Positions 28,995 to 36,675 of a stretch of 44,251 nucleotides of DNA are shown piece after piece. A program made the position numbers and the translations under genes. Source of the stretch: Candidatus Dormiibacterota bacterium (GTDB taxonomy: Bacteria > Patescibacteriota > Saccharimonadia > Saccharimonadales > UBA4665). The DNA lies in NCBI GenBank assembly GCA_035532255.1, contig DATKRL010000021.1, positions 1 to 44,251 of the forward strand, read 5' to 3'. Below the pieces are notes generated by a model. It saw nothing but the letters and a program-made list of their open reading frames with translations, had not been told where the DNA came from and made no database searches. Position 1 is the first letter of the stretch; every line of letters begins with the position of its first letter.

Positions 28995-30257
28995 ATGGAT
29001 AGTGATATCAGGCCAGCCAAACGGCCGCGCGCCGCTGAGCCGCGCGCGCCGGAAATTCCATCGGCGGAACAGCCGTCAGACGATGAATCAGCCGATATAG
29101 TAATAGATGAAAACTCCTGGGACAACAAAGAAAAACCGAATCCGGACCCGAAGCCCGTCCGGCCCGGTAAACCGGCTTCCAAATGGAAGGAGAGAATGAA
29201 ACTGCACTGGCCACCCGGTAAAAAAGAGTGGATCACCTTGCTGGTGATTTTGCTGCTGATTGGCGGCGGGATTGGCGGCTATCTTCTGACGCACAAGAGT
29301 AAGCCGGCCACTCTTAAGCCCATTCCTAAAGTCACTTCGCAGACTAAAACCGTGCCGTCAACCCTGACCGGCCTGCTGGTCGACCCCAGCGTTAACCAAA
29401 GAACGGTGACAGCCGTTATGATTGAGAACAGCATCGACGCCCGGCCGCAGGCCGGCTTGGGCCAGGCCGGCGTGGTTTTCGAGGCGATTGCCGAGGCCGG
29501 CATCACCCGTTTCATGGCGCTGTATCAGGACACGGCTCCGGATAACGTCGGTCCAATCCGCAGCGCCCGGCCGTATTATCTCCAATGGGAACTCGGATTT
29601 GACGCCGCCTACGCCCACGTCGGCGGCAGCCCGGACGCCCTGTCCGATATTAGCGCTTGGGGCGTCCACGACCTCAACCAGTTCTACAACGGTAGTTTTT
29701 ATCACCGCGTCAACAGCCGCGGCGCGCCGCACAACGTCTACACTTCCATAGCCCAGCTCAACCAGCTCGAAGTGAACAAAGGCTACACCACCAGCCACTA
29801 CACCGGCTTCCCCCGCAAAAAGAAGGCCTTCCGCAAAAAGACCCAACCGATAACCGCTAAAAGCATCGACCTGGCAATATCCGGACCTACCTATAACGTT
29901 CACTACGATTACGACGACAAGACCGACAGTTACCTGCGCAGTGAGGCCGGAGCGCCACATATTGACACTAACACCAACCAACAGATACGCCCGGTAGTCG
30001 TTATTGCCATGATCGTTCCCCAAAGCACGGGCGCCCTCGATTCCTCGGGTGCTTACTATACGGACTACAATGTGATTGGCAGCGGCCAAGTCGACATTTT
30101 TCAGGACGGGCAGGTCATAACTGGCACCTGGACCAAAAATGACAGCGCTTCCCAAATTACATTCACCGACGCCTCCGGCAAGGCCATCCCACTAAACCCC
30201 GGCCAAACCTGGATAACAGCCTTAGGCAGTTCCAATGAAGTCACTTACACTCCTTAA
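28995..30257 (+). CDS. DUF3048-domain membrane-anchored protein (YerB-like)
   Basis: TM helix WITLLVILLLIGGGIGGYLL, then ENSIDARPQAGLGQAGVVFEAIAEAGITRFMALY, which is typical of DUF3048. Confidence 0.7.
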   Translation: MDSDIRPAKRPRAAEPRAPEIPSAEQPSDDESADIVIDENSWDNKEKPNPDPKPVRPGKPASKWKERMKLHWPPGKKEWITLLVILLLIGGGIGGYLLTHKSKPATLKPIPKVTSQTKTVPSTLTGLLVDPSVNQRTVTAVMIENSIDARPQAGLGQAGVVFEAIAEAGITRFMALYQDTAPDNVGPIRSARPYYLQWELGFDAAYAHVGGSPDALSDISAWGVHDLNQFYNGSFYHRVNSRGAPHNVYTSIAQLNQLEVNKGYTTSHYTGFPRKKKAFRKKTQPITAKSIDLAISGPTYNVHYDYDDKTDSYLRSEAGAPHIDTNTNQQIRPVVVIAMIVPQSTGALDSSGAYYTDYNVIGSGQVDIFQDGQVITGTWTKNDSASQITFTDASGKAIPLNPGQTWITALGSSNEVTYTP

Positions 30258-30262
30258 GGATA

Positions 30263-30268
30263 TGTAAT
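30263..30268 (+). promoter_or_regulatory. -10-like hexamer TGTAAT, 6 nt upstream of the histidine kinase ATG (leaderless candidate)
   Basis: TGTAAT-agaccc-ATG(30275). Confidence 0.35.
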
Positions 30269-30274
30269 AGACCC

Positions 30275-31819
30275 ATGGACTACCTTCAGCGCCTAATCCG
30301 TCAGACGAAGCTTCGGCTTTTCATCATCATCCTGCTCGATAATAGTATTTTTATCGGCAGCTGGTGGTTGGGTGACAAAGTTTTAGGACTGAATGGCCGC
30401 CAGCTGATCGCCCTCTTGATAGTCGTTGCCCTGGCCGAGACCGGCTTGGTAGCTACCGCTCTTGGCAGTTATCTGATGCAGCCCCTCAAAGCCGTCTGGC
30501 AAACAGTCATGCATCTGGCGCCCGAAGGGGAGGGCGGAGTCGCCCCGCCCAAGCCGGAATCCATCCGCTTTGGCCGCGAGCTGGTCACTAGTCTGATGAA
30601 CCATATTTATCAGCTGGTCAATGTAGCCGAACAAACGCAGGCCGTCAACCGCCAGGCCGACAGCGATCCGCGCGATAATTTTATCGCCCAAAACCTGCCT
30701 CTGCCGCTAGTACTGCTCGATAATACCGAGACCATCCGCTACGCCAACGAGGCCGCCGCTAAGTATGTCGGCATGGCAGCGGACGACATGGTCGGAAAAA
30801 ACGTTTACATGGTGCTCGACATGTCGTTCCCCAGCGAAGAGACTTTTGACCGCTGGCTGAAAACCGCCAAAGCCAAAAGCGCCACCGCCTCTACCAGCTG
30901 GGAGCGAGTCCGCCTCAATGTCCGCGACAGCCATCCGGCCCGCCTCTTCGACCTGGCGGCTTATTACAACCGTGACAACCCCGACCATAATGAAACTATG
31001 CTGGTAATGTTCGACCACACCAAGGAGTACAGCCAGGATGACCAGGCCGTCAGCTTCATCGCTCTCAGCGTCCACGAACTGCGCACGCCGCTAACGTTAC
31101 TGCGCGGCTACATCGAGGTTTTCGAGGATGAACTCGGGCAAACCATCACTGATCCCGAGCTCAAGAGTTTCATGCTCAAAATGCGCGCCCAGGCCGAACA
31201 GCTGACGGATTTCGTCAATAACATCCTCAACGTCGCCCGTGTCGACGACGACCAGTTGGAGCTCAAACTCCAGTCCGAAGATTGGGGCGAGACACTCAAA
31301 AGCGCCATCGAAATGATAAGTTTGCGGGCCAAGATCCGCGGCATCACGCTGGAATGCCACATCGCCCGCGACCTGCCGCCGGTTGGTATCGACAAGTTAA
31401 GTATCCGTGAAGTCATCAACAATCTTATCGACAACGCCATCAAGTACAGCGGCGACAGTAAGGTGATCAAAATCGACGCTTCCATCAACAAGGAAGGCCT
31501 GGTCGAAACCACCGTCCAGGACTTCGGCCTGGGCATACCAACCAGTGTTTTGCCGAACTTATTCACTAAATTCTACCGTGATCATAGAAACCGCGCCCAG
31601 ATAGGCGGCACCGGTCTAGGGCTTTACCTCAGCAAAGCCATTGTCACAGCGCATGGCGGCAGCCTCTGGGTCCGTAGCCGGGAGGACGATGGCAGCACCT
31701 TCGGCTTCACCCTTCTGCCATACGATCGTATAGCCGAAAAGGTCAAACAAAACGGCGACCAGGAGATCACCCGCAGCGCCCACGGCTGGATCAAGAACCA
31801 TTCGCTCTACCGCCGCTAA
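30275..31819 (+). CDS. sensor histidine kinase (2 TM, PAS, HisKA, HATPase_c)
   Basis: H-box SVHELRTPLTLLRGY, N-box DNAIKYS and G-box GGTGLGLYLSKAIV. Confidence 0.85.
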   Translation: MDYLQRLIRQTKLRLFIIILLDNSIFIGSWWLGDKVLGLNGRQLIALLIVVALAETGLVATALGSYLMQPLKAVWQTVMHLAPEGEGGVAPPKPESIRFGRELVTSLMNHIYQLVNVAEQTQAVNRQADSDPRDNFIAQNLPLPLVLLDNTETIRYANEAAAKYVGMAADDMVGKNVYMVLDMSFPSEETFDRWLKTAKAKSATASTSWERVRLNVRDSHPARLFDLAAYYNRDNPDHNETMLVMFDHTKEYSQDDQAVSFIALSVHELRTPLTLLRGYIEVFEDELGQTITDPELKSFMLKMRAQAEQLTDFVNNILNVARVDDDQLELKLQSEDWGETLKSAIEMISLRAKIRGITLECHIARDLPPVGIDKLSIREVINNLIDNAIKYSGDSKVIKIDASINKEGLVETTVQDFGLGIPTSVLPNLFTKFYRDHRNRAQIGGTGLGLYLSKAIVTAHGGSLWVRSREDDGSTFGFTLLPYDRIAEKVKQNGDQEITRSAHGWIKNHSLYRR

Positions 31820-31827
31820 CCGACAAG

Positions 31828-31836
31828 TGATACAGT
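31828..31836 (+). promoter_or_regulatory. extended -10 element TGATACAGT, 7 nt upstream of the response regulator ATG (leaderless candidate)
   Basis: TGATACAGT-aattgat-ATG(31844). The same 9-mer occurs upstream of the DMT-like gene on the minus strand. Confidence 0.35.
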
Positions 31837-31843
31837 AATTGAT

Positions 31844-32260
31844 ATGGAACCAACTTCGACCACTCCGATTACGCCAGCCGCGCCAGTGAGCGGCCGCAAA
31901 GTTCTATGCATAGAAGACGAGCACTTCATCAGCGAACTCTACACCCGCGCCCTGACCAAGGGCGGTTACCAGGTCGAGACCATCGCCGACGGCCAGAAAG
32001 CCTTGGAAGCCGCCGAGACCGACAAGTATGACATCATTCTGTTAGACCTGATGATTCCCACTCTCTCCGGCATAGACGTCCTGCGCAAGCTGCGCGACCC
32101 GAATAACCCGTCACCGATCAAGGCCAAGATCATTGTCACCACCAACCTCGAGCAACGCGAGGATGTCCGCGCCGACATCGAAAAACAAGCCGACGGCTAC
32201 CTCGTCAAGGCCGAGTTGACACCTCACGAGCTGGTCGACTTCCTAGACAAAATTAAATAG
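31844..32260 (+). CDS. stand-alone receiver-domain response regulator (CheY-like)
   Basis: 138 aa with the acidic pocket EDE, phospho-acceptor ILLDLMIP, and TTNLE / K in YLVKA. It has no output domain. Confidence 0.85.
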   Translation: MEPTSTTPITPAAPVSGRKVLCIEDEHFISELYTRALTKGGYQVETIADGQKALEAAETDKYDIILLDLMIPTLSGIDVLRKLRDPNNPSPIKAKIIVTTNLEQREDVRADIEKQADGYLVKAELTPHELVDFLDKIK

Positions 32261-32528
32261 TCATTAAGCTCTAGGATTATTGACGGCGCGGCGTATAATT
32301 AATGATAGCCATGTGTGGGCTGGTTCCAGAACCTTCCTCCACGCAGACTTATTCACAAGAAGACACACTTCGGTCCCTGTTTTCTTCCATAGTTCAACAG
32401 TTTCTTGGGTGCTTACGGTTAGCTCCGAACGGTAGCGAAACCCTAGTCCTCGAAGCTCCTCCCAAAACCCGTTTGCTGGCCTCTGTCAGCTAGTTTTAAT
32501 TTTATCTAATTTTTAAGGAGTTTGAACT

Positions 32529-32666
32529 ATGGCAACTTTATTAGCAACCCAAGAAATCCAAATCGCCGCCGTCCGTTTCCGGCACAACGCCGAGCAAGTG
32601 CGGTTCGAAAGTTACCCTAAGCGGCTGATCTACAAAGGCCGCGCATACGTATTGGCGGAAACATGA
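32529..32666 (+). CDS. 45-codon ORF upstream of the umuD-like gene (MATLLATQEIQIAAVRFRHNAEQVRFESYPKRLIYKGRAYVLAET)
   Basis: It falls below the track's 60-aa cutoff. AAGGAG (32515-32520) lies 8 nt upstream of the ATG and is the strongest SD I saw in the window. It ends 19 nt before the umuD-like ATG. Confidence 0.35.
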   Translation: MATLLATQEIQIAAVRFRHNAEQVRFESYPKRLIYKGRAYVLAET

Positions 32667-32685
32667 AAGGGCAGGAGACCGAGCT

Positions 32686-33054
32686 ATGGACAACAATTCA
32701 CAAACTATGGCCGACGGCGACGGCGTGTCGGTGCACAGCGGTTTTCCCAACCCGGCGGTCGACCGGCAAGGGCAAGGCGCGCGCTTAGCCCTGGACCTCA
32801 ACCAATTACTGATTAAACACCCCAGCAGTACTTATTTATTCCGGGTGGCCGGCCATCATTGGAGCGACCAGGGCGTGTATGACGGGGATATCGCGGTGGT
32901 TGACCGGGCGCTGGAACCGCGGCCGGCTGACCTAGTCGTCGCCTGGCGGCTCGACGGTTCCACGCTCTGCCTCTATCGAGATCTAATCGCTTCCGCCCAG
33001 TTCTGGGGCGTAGTAACGGCCACCATCCATGATCGCGCTAATAGATTGCAATAA
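32686..33054 (+). CDS. UmuD-like (peptidase S24 fold) protein lacking the catalytic Ser/Lys dyad
   Basis: SGFPNPAVD and LDLNQLLIKHPSSTYLFRVAGHHWSDQGVYDGDIAVVD align with E. coli UmuD CGFPSPAADY and [38 protein letters not shown]. GGAGA lies 7 nt upstream of the ATG. It overlaps umuC by 26 nt. Confidence 0.75.
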   Translation: MDNNSQTMADGDGVSVHSGFPNPAVDRQGQGARLALDLNQLLIKHPSSTYLFRVAGHHWSDQGVYDGDIAVVDRALEPRPADLVVAWRLDGSTLCLYRDLIASAQFWGVVTATIHDRANRLQ

Positions 33055-34336
33055 CTTCTTCGTCAGCTGCGAGCGACTGTTCCGGCCCGACCTGGAAAAT
33101 AGGCCGGTGGTGGTGCTGTCCAGCAATGACGGTTGCGCGGTGTCGCGGTCGAACGAGACCAAGGCCCTGGGCGTCCCTATGGGAGCGCCGTTTTTCAAAT
33201 ACCGGCAGCTTTTCCGGCAGCAAGGCGTCACGCATTTTAGCGGTAATTTCGAGCTGTATGGTGATATCAGTCAGCGCATTATTCGTCTGCTGACTGGCAT
33301 CACGCCGCGCACCGAAGTTTATTCCGTCGACGAGTCCTTCCTTGATCTCGGCCAGATGGCTATAACGGATTACACGGCGTGGGGCAGGACGGTGCGCCGT
33401 AAGCTGCTGCGCGAAGTCGGCATACCGGTTTCCATCGGCATCGCGCCGACCAAGACGCTGGCCAAACTGGGCGCAGAGCAGGCTAAACATGATGAGGGCT
33501 CAGGCGGCGTCCTCGACCTAGCCAGCTTGACTCCTGCTGCCCGCGCGGTTTACCTGCTTGGCACACCTATCAATGACGTTTGGGGTGTCGGCCGCCGCCT
33601 GACGCCGCGGCTGCGGGCGGAGGGGATTCATAATGCCCTGGACTTAAGCCGAATGCCGCCGCGCCTGGCCCAGCAACTGATGGGAGTCCATGGCCGCCAG
33701 ATGGTAGCAGAGCTGAACGGCACTCGCTGCTACCCGTTGGAACCGTTCGGCCGGATCCGCCAGACTGTCATGCACGGCCGACAATTCGGCGAGGATACCG
33801 GTGACCCGCTGATAATAGAATCGGCCATCGCCAGCCTGACCGCCCGGGCTGCGGGCCGCCTGCGGGCCGACCATCTGCTGGCCCGCGGAGCGGCTGTCCG
33901 CCTCGCCACCAACCGCCACAGGCCGGGCTACCAACGCCTGGCCCGCACGCTAAGCTTCGTCACGCCAACGGCCGACACCGGCCTGATCGCCGGCCAGCTG
34001 GTAGCCGCTGTCCAGGCCGCCTACAACCCAAGGGTTCAGTTCCACCGGGCGGACGTCTTATTATTCGACCTGGCCAGCGAGCACCGCCTGCAAACCGATC
34101 TGCTGGGCAACATCGACCTAGTTGGATCAGAAGCCGCCCATTCGCGCTTGCAAGCCTTCGATTCCATCAATCAACGCTACGGCCAGGGCGTCATCCGCTA
34201 CGCCGCCGAAGACCTGTCCGCCGCCTGGCAGCCCCATCGCGGCCACCGCAGCCCCCGCTACACCACTTCGTGGGAAGAACTGCCGGTAATCAGAATCGTG
34301 CCGACGAAGGCCAGCGAGGCTCCCGCTATGACATAG
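33029..34336 (+). CDS. umuC: Y-family DNA polymerase, UmuC-like
   Basis: Motifs MIALIDCNNFFVSCERLFRPDLENRPVVVLSSNDGC, SVDESFLD and the C-terminal SPRYTTSWEELP typical of UmuC. Confidence 0.85.
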   Translation: MIALIDCNNFFVSCERLFRPDLENRPVVVLSSNDGCAVSRSNETKALGVPMGAPFFKYRQLFRQQGVTHFSGNFELYGDISQRIIRLLTGITPRTEVYSVDESFLDLGQMAITDYTAWGRTVRRKLLREVGIPVSIGIAPTKTLAKLGAEQAKHDEGSGGVLDLASLTPAARAVYLLGTPINDVWGVGRRLTPRLRAEGIHNALDLSRMPPRLAQQLMGVHGRQMVAELNGTRCYPLEPFGRIRQTVMHGRQFGEDTGDPLIIESAIASLTARAAGRLRADHLLARGAAVRLATNRHRPGYQRLARTLSFVTPTADTGLIAGQLVAAVQAAYNPRVQFHRADVLLFDLASEHRLQTDLLGNIDLVGSEAAHSRLQAFDSINQRYGQGVIRYAAEDLSAAWQPHRGHRSPRYTTSWEELPVIRIVPTKASEAPAMT

Positions 34337-35094
34337 CCCCACGAACCATTTTTCGGGGTGTCACCCAGGAAAATTATGCCGATGGTAATCGGGACTATCG
34401 TTTCGAAAGCTATCATCGCGGCATTGACGACGCTGGCGTGATGGCGCTGAAGCGCGATGGTGAAGAGCATGATGCCGACCAGCCCATAAGCTAAGAGCGC
34501 CCAGACCAAAGGGTTAAGCAGGAGGTGCCAGTATGGCTGTGAAAAATTAAGCATCCGGCCGACAACCGCCGTTCCGCCAAAGGCCGCGCCGCTTATCGCG
34601 CCTAGAACGATTGTGGCGTAAGGTTTTTGTACTTTGGCGAAAACCGAGCCGGCCAAGACGAGAAGCAGGGGAGCGAATATAATCACCCAGCGGACAATCT
34701 CGTTCACCGCTTTAGCCCTTTCCGGCGCGGCGCTCAGCGCCAGCAAAGCCAGGCCGATAAAGATACACAGCATGGCGACATTCGCGCTACCTCCCAGCCG
34801 GTGCCGCAGCACGAACCGGTCGATAAGAGCGGTGATAACGACGCTAAAGGCAATGATCGGTTGCACCACGAACAAAGGCAGCGTGTGGACGGCGACTAAG
34901 GTTAGTATCCAGGCCAGCCCATCCAGCATGAGACCGACCACGTATGGCCAGTCCTGGACCAGCCGCCAAAGCAGACCGACACGAATCGAGATGGCTTTGG
35001 CCTCTTTGTCGGCGCTGGTTTTTTGAAGCACGGCCGCTATGCCATTACACACCGCGCAGCCAAACGCCGCCGCCATAGCCAACCAGAAAATCAT
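34258..35094 (-). CDS. polytopic membrane protein, DMT/EamA-like transporter (guess)
   Basis: 278 aa with about 9-10 hydrophobic helices. Its 3' end overlaps the umuC 3' end by 79 nt. Confidence 0.55.
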   Translation of the reverse strand: MIFWLAMAAAFGCAVCNGIAAVLQKTSADKEAKAISIRVGLLWRLVQDWPYVVGLMLDGLAWILTLVAVHTLPLFVVQPIIAFSVVITALIDRFVLRHRLGGSANVAMLCIFIGLALLALSAAPERAKAVNEIVRWVIIFAPLLLVLAGSVFAKVQKPYATIVLGAISGAAFGGTAVVGRMLNFSQPYWHLLLNPLVWALLAYGLVGIMLFTIALQRHHASVVNAAMIAFETIVPITIGIIFLGDTPKNGSWGYVIAGASLAFVGTILITGSSSHEVV

Positions 35095-35100
35095 AACTTT

Positions 35101-35109
35101 ACTGTATCA
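35101..35109 (-). promoter_or_regulatory. extended -10 element TGATACAGT, 6 nt upstream of the DMT-like gene ATG (leaderless candidate)
   Basis: The minus strand reads TGATACAGT-aaagtt-ATG(35094). Confidence 0.4.
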
Positions 35110-35138
35110 AAGGGAAAGACCAACCGAAAGAAACTTCA

Positions 35139-35213
35139 TGGTGACCTCACGGGGAATCGAACCCCGGTTACCAGGATGAGAACCTGGTGTCCTAGCCGCT
35201 AGACGATGAGGCC
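35139..35213 (-). tRNA. tRNA-Glu (anticodon CTC), CCA encoded
   Basis: The minus strand reads GGCCTCA...CCAGG-TTCTCAT-CCTGG...GGGGTTCGATTCCCC-GTGAGGTC-A-CCA. 75 nt. Confidence 0.9.
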
Positions 35214-35354
35214 AAATTGATGCTGGTTTATCCTATCACATCTGTTAGCGGCCGTCCAGCGGCCAAAAAAGCATAAACAGGTTGAGAAAATTTTGGTAAA
35301 CTGTACAGTAAAAGCAGTACTATGCATACCAAAATTATTATCGCTAGAGTGGGC

Positions 35355-35376
35355 CTGACGGCGTCGTTCCCGTCAG
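35355..35376 (+). other. 7-bp stem-loop CTGACGG-N8-CCGTCAG, 14 nt upstream of the kinase start
   Basis: Perfect inverted repeat in the putative 5' leader of the 35390 gene. Confidence 0.3.
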
Positions 35377-35389
35377 TGAGCGGCGTGGC

Positions 35390-36622
35390 ATGAGCCTGTC
35401 CGACATCTTCAAAAAACCTGACGGCCTAACCGCCAAAGCCACGAAAATCCGTCTGCCGTCCAATCTACGTGACGACACGCTAAAATTCAAAACTATCATC
35501 GATAACATCGAAGATGGCGTGATATTGATCGACGGGCAGCAGGTGATCCAGCTTATCAATCCCGGGGCTTCCGCCATTTGCGGTTGGCCCGCCGACGAAG
35601 CGACCGGCATTGGTATCCAAGGCGTGCTTCAGCTGGTCAATGACAAGGGTGAACCTTACGTAGGCAACCCCTTTGGGCAAGTGTTCGCGCATGGCCAGAA
35701 CTTGAGGGTCAATGACGCCTATGTGCTGACGCGCACCAATAAACAACTGCCCGTCAACCTCAGCCTCTCGCCGCTGGCCGACGAGAACAAGAAGGTGGTG
35801 GCGGTCGTGACAATTTTCAGGGACGTCAGCAAGGAGCGCGCCGAGGAGCAGCAGCGGATCGACTTCATAAGCACTGCCAGCCACGAAATGCGCACCCCCG
35901 TCGCCGCGATCGAAGGTTATTTGGCCTTGGCCCTCAACGACAAGGTCGCGACCGTCGACAAGCGTGCCCGCGATTACCTGGAAAAAGCCCAGAGTTCGAC
36001 CCACCATCTGGGAGCTTTGTTCCAAGACCTACTGACTAGCGCCAAGGCCGAGGACGGCCGGCTTACAAGCCATCCGACAACAGTGGAGTTTGGCGGATTC
36101 CTGGAAGAGCTGACTAACGAGCTGCGCCTGGTCGCCGAGCAAAAAGGCTTGGCCGTGGAATTCGTGGTAGGCGCCCACGATGCCGCACACGCCCAAGGCG
36201 GAGAACGGATCATCAGGCCGCTGTACTACGTTCGTGTCGACCCGGACCGCTTGCGTGAAGTTATTACCAATTTATTTGATAATGCCGTCAAATATACGGT
36301 CGAGGGTAAGATTTCGATCGGTCTGACAGGTAACGATAAAATCGTTCAGTGCTTCGTCCGCGACACCGGCCCGGGTATACCGCCCGATGACATACCGCAT
36401 CTATTCCAGAAATTCTATAGGGTCGACAATTCGGCTACCCGGACGATTGGCGGCACGGGGCTTGGTCTCTTCATCTGCCGCAAAATCGTCGAGTTATATA
36501 ACGGACGCATCTGGGCCGAAAGCGACGTGGGCAACGGCAGCACCTTTTATATAAATATGCCGCGCCTAAAGACAGAAGAGGCCGACAAGTCGAAAACAGT
36601 TAGCCCTAGCGAGGGGACGTGA
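35390..36622 (+). CDS. cytoplasmic sensor histidine kinase (PAS, HisKA, HATPase_c; no TM segment)
   Basis: H-box ASHEMRTPVAAIEGY, N-box DNAVKYT and G-box GGTGLGLFICRKIV. Confidence 0.85.
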   Translation: MSLSDIFKKPDGLTAKATKIRLPSNLRDDTLKFKTIIDNIEDGVILIDGQQVIQLINPGASAICGWPADEATGIGIQGVLQLVNDKGEPYVGNPFGQVFAHGQNLRVNDAYVLTRTNKQLPVNLSLSPLADENKKVVAVVTIFRDVSKERAEEQQRIDFISTASHEMRTPVAAIEGYLALALNDKVATVDKRARDYLEKAQSSTHHLGALFQDLLTSAKAEDGRLTSHPTTVEFGGFLEELTNELRLVAEQKGLAVEFVVGAHDAAHAQGGERIIRPLYYVRVDPDRLREVITNLFDNAVKYTVEGKISIGLTGNDKIVQCFVRDTGPGIPPDDIPHLFQKFYRVDNSATRTIGGTGLGLFICRKIVELYNGRIWAESDVGNGSTFYINMPRLKTEEADKSKTVSPSEGT

Positions 36623-36675
36623 TACAATGAGATCAAGCCTAATCATAAGCAAGATTATCGTACAGGGGTTATAAC

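Noticed and set aside
29358-30155. 265-aa ORF antisense to the DUF3048 gene
   Set aside because: It is the longest shadow ORF. It has a biased Gly/Ala/Val/Arg composition and no start context, while the sense strand has the DUF3048 signature and a plausible promoter.
32280-32299. TTGACG-N8-TATAAT as a canonical sigma-70 promoter; similar -35-like/-10-like pairs at 23589-23608 and on the minus strand at 12030-12050
   Set aside because: The spacer is only 8-9 nt instead of 16-18 nt, so the -35-like hexamers are probably fortuitous. Only the -10 elements are reported.
32302-32493. 63-aa ORF in the gap upstream of the umu cassette
   Set aside because: It has no SD or leaderless-type -10 spacing, weak third-position G/C bias compared with neighbouring genes, and a Ser/Leu-rich product with no motif. 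I kept it only as part of the unexplained-gap finding.
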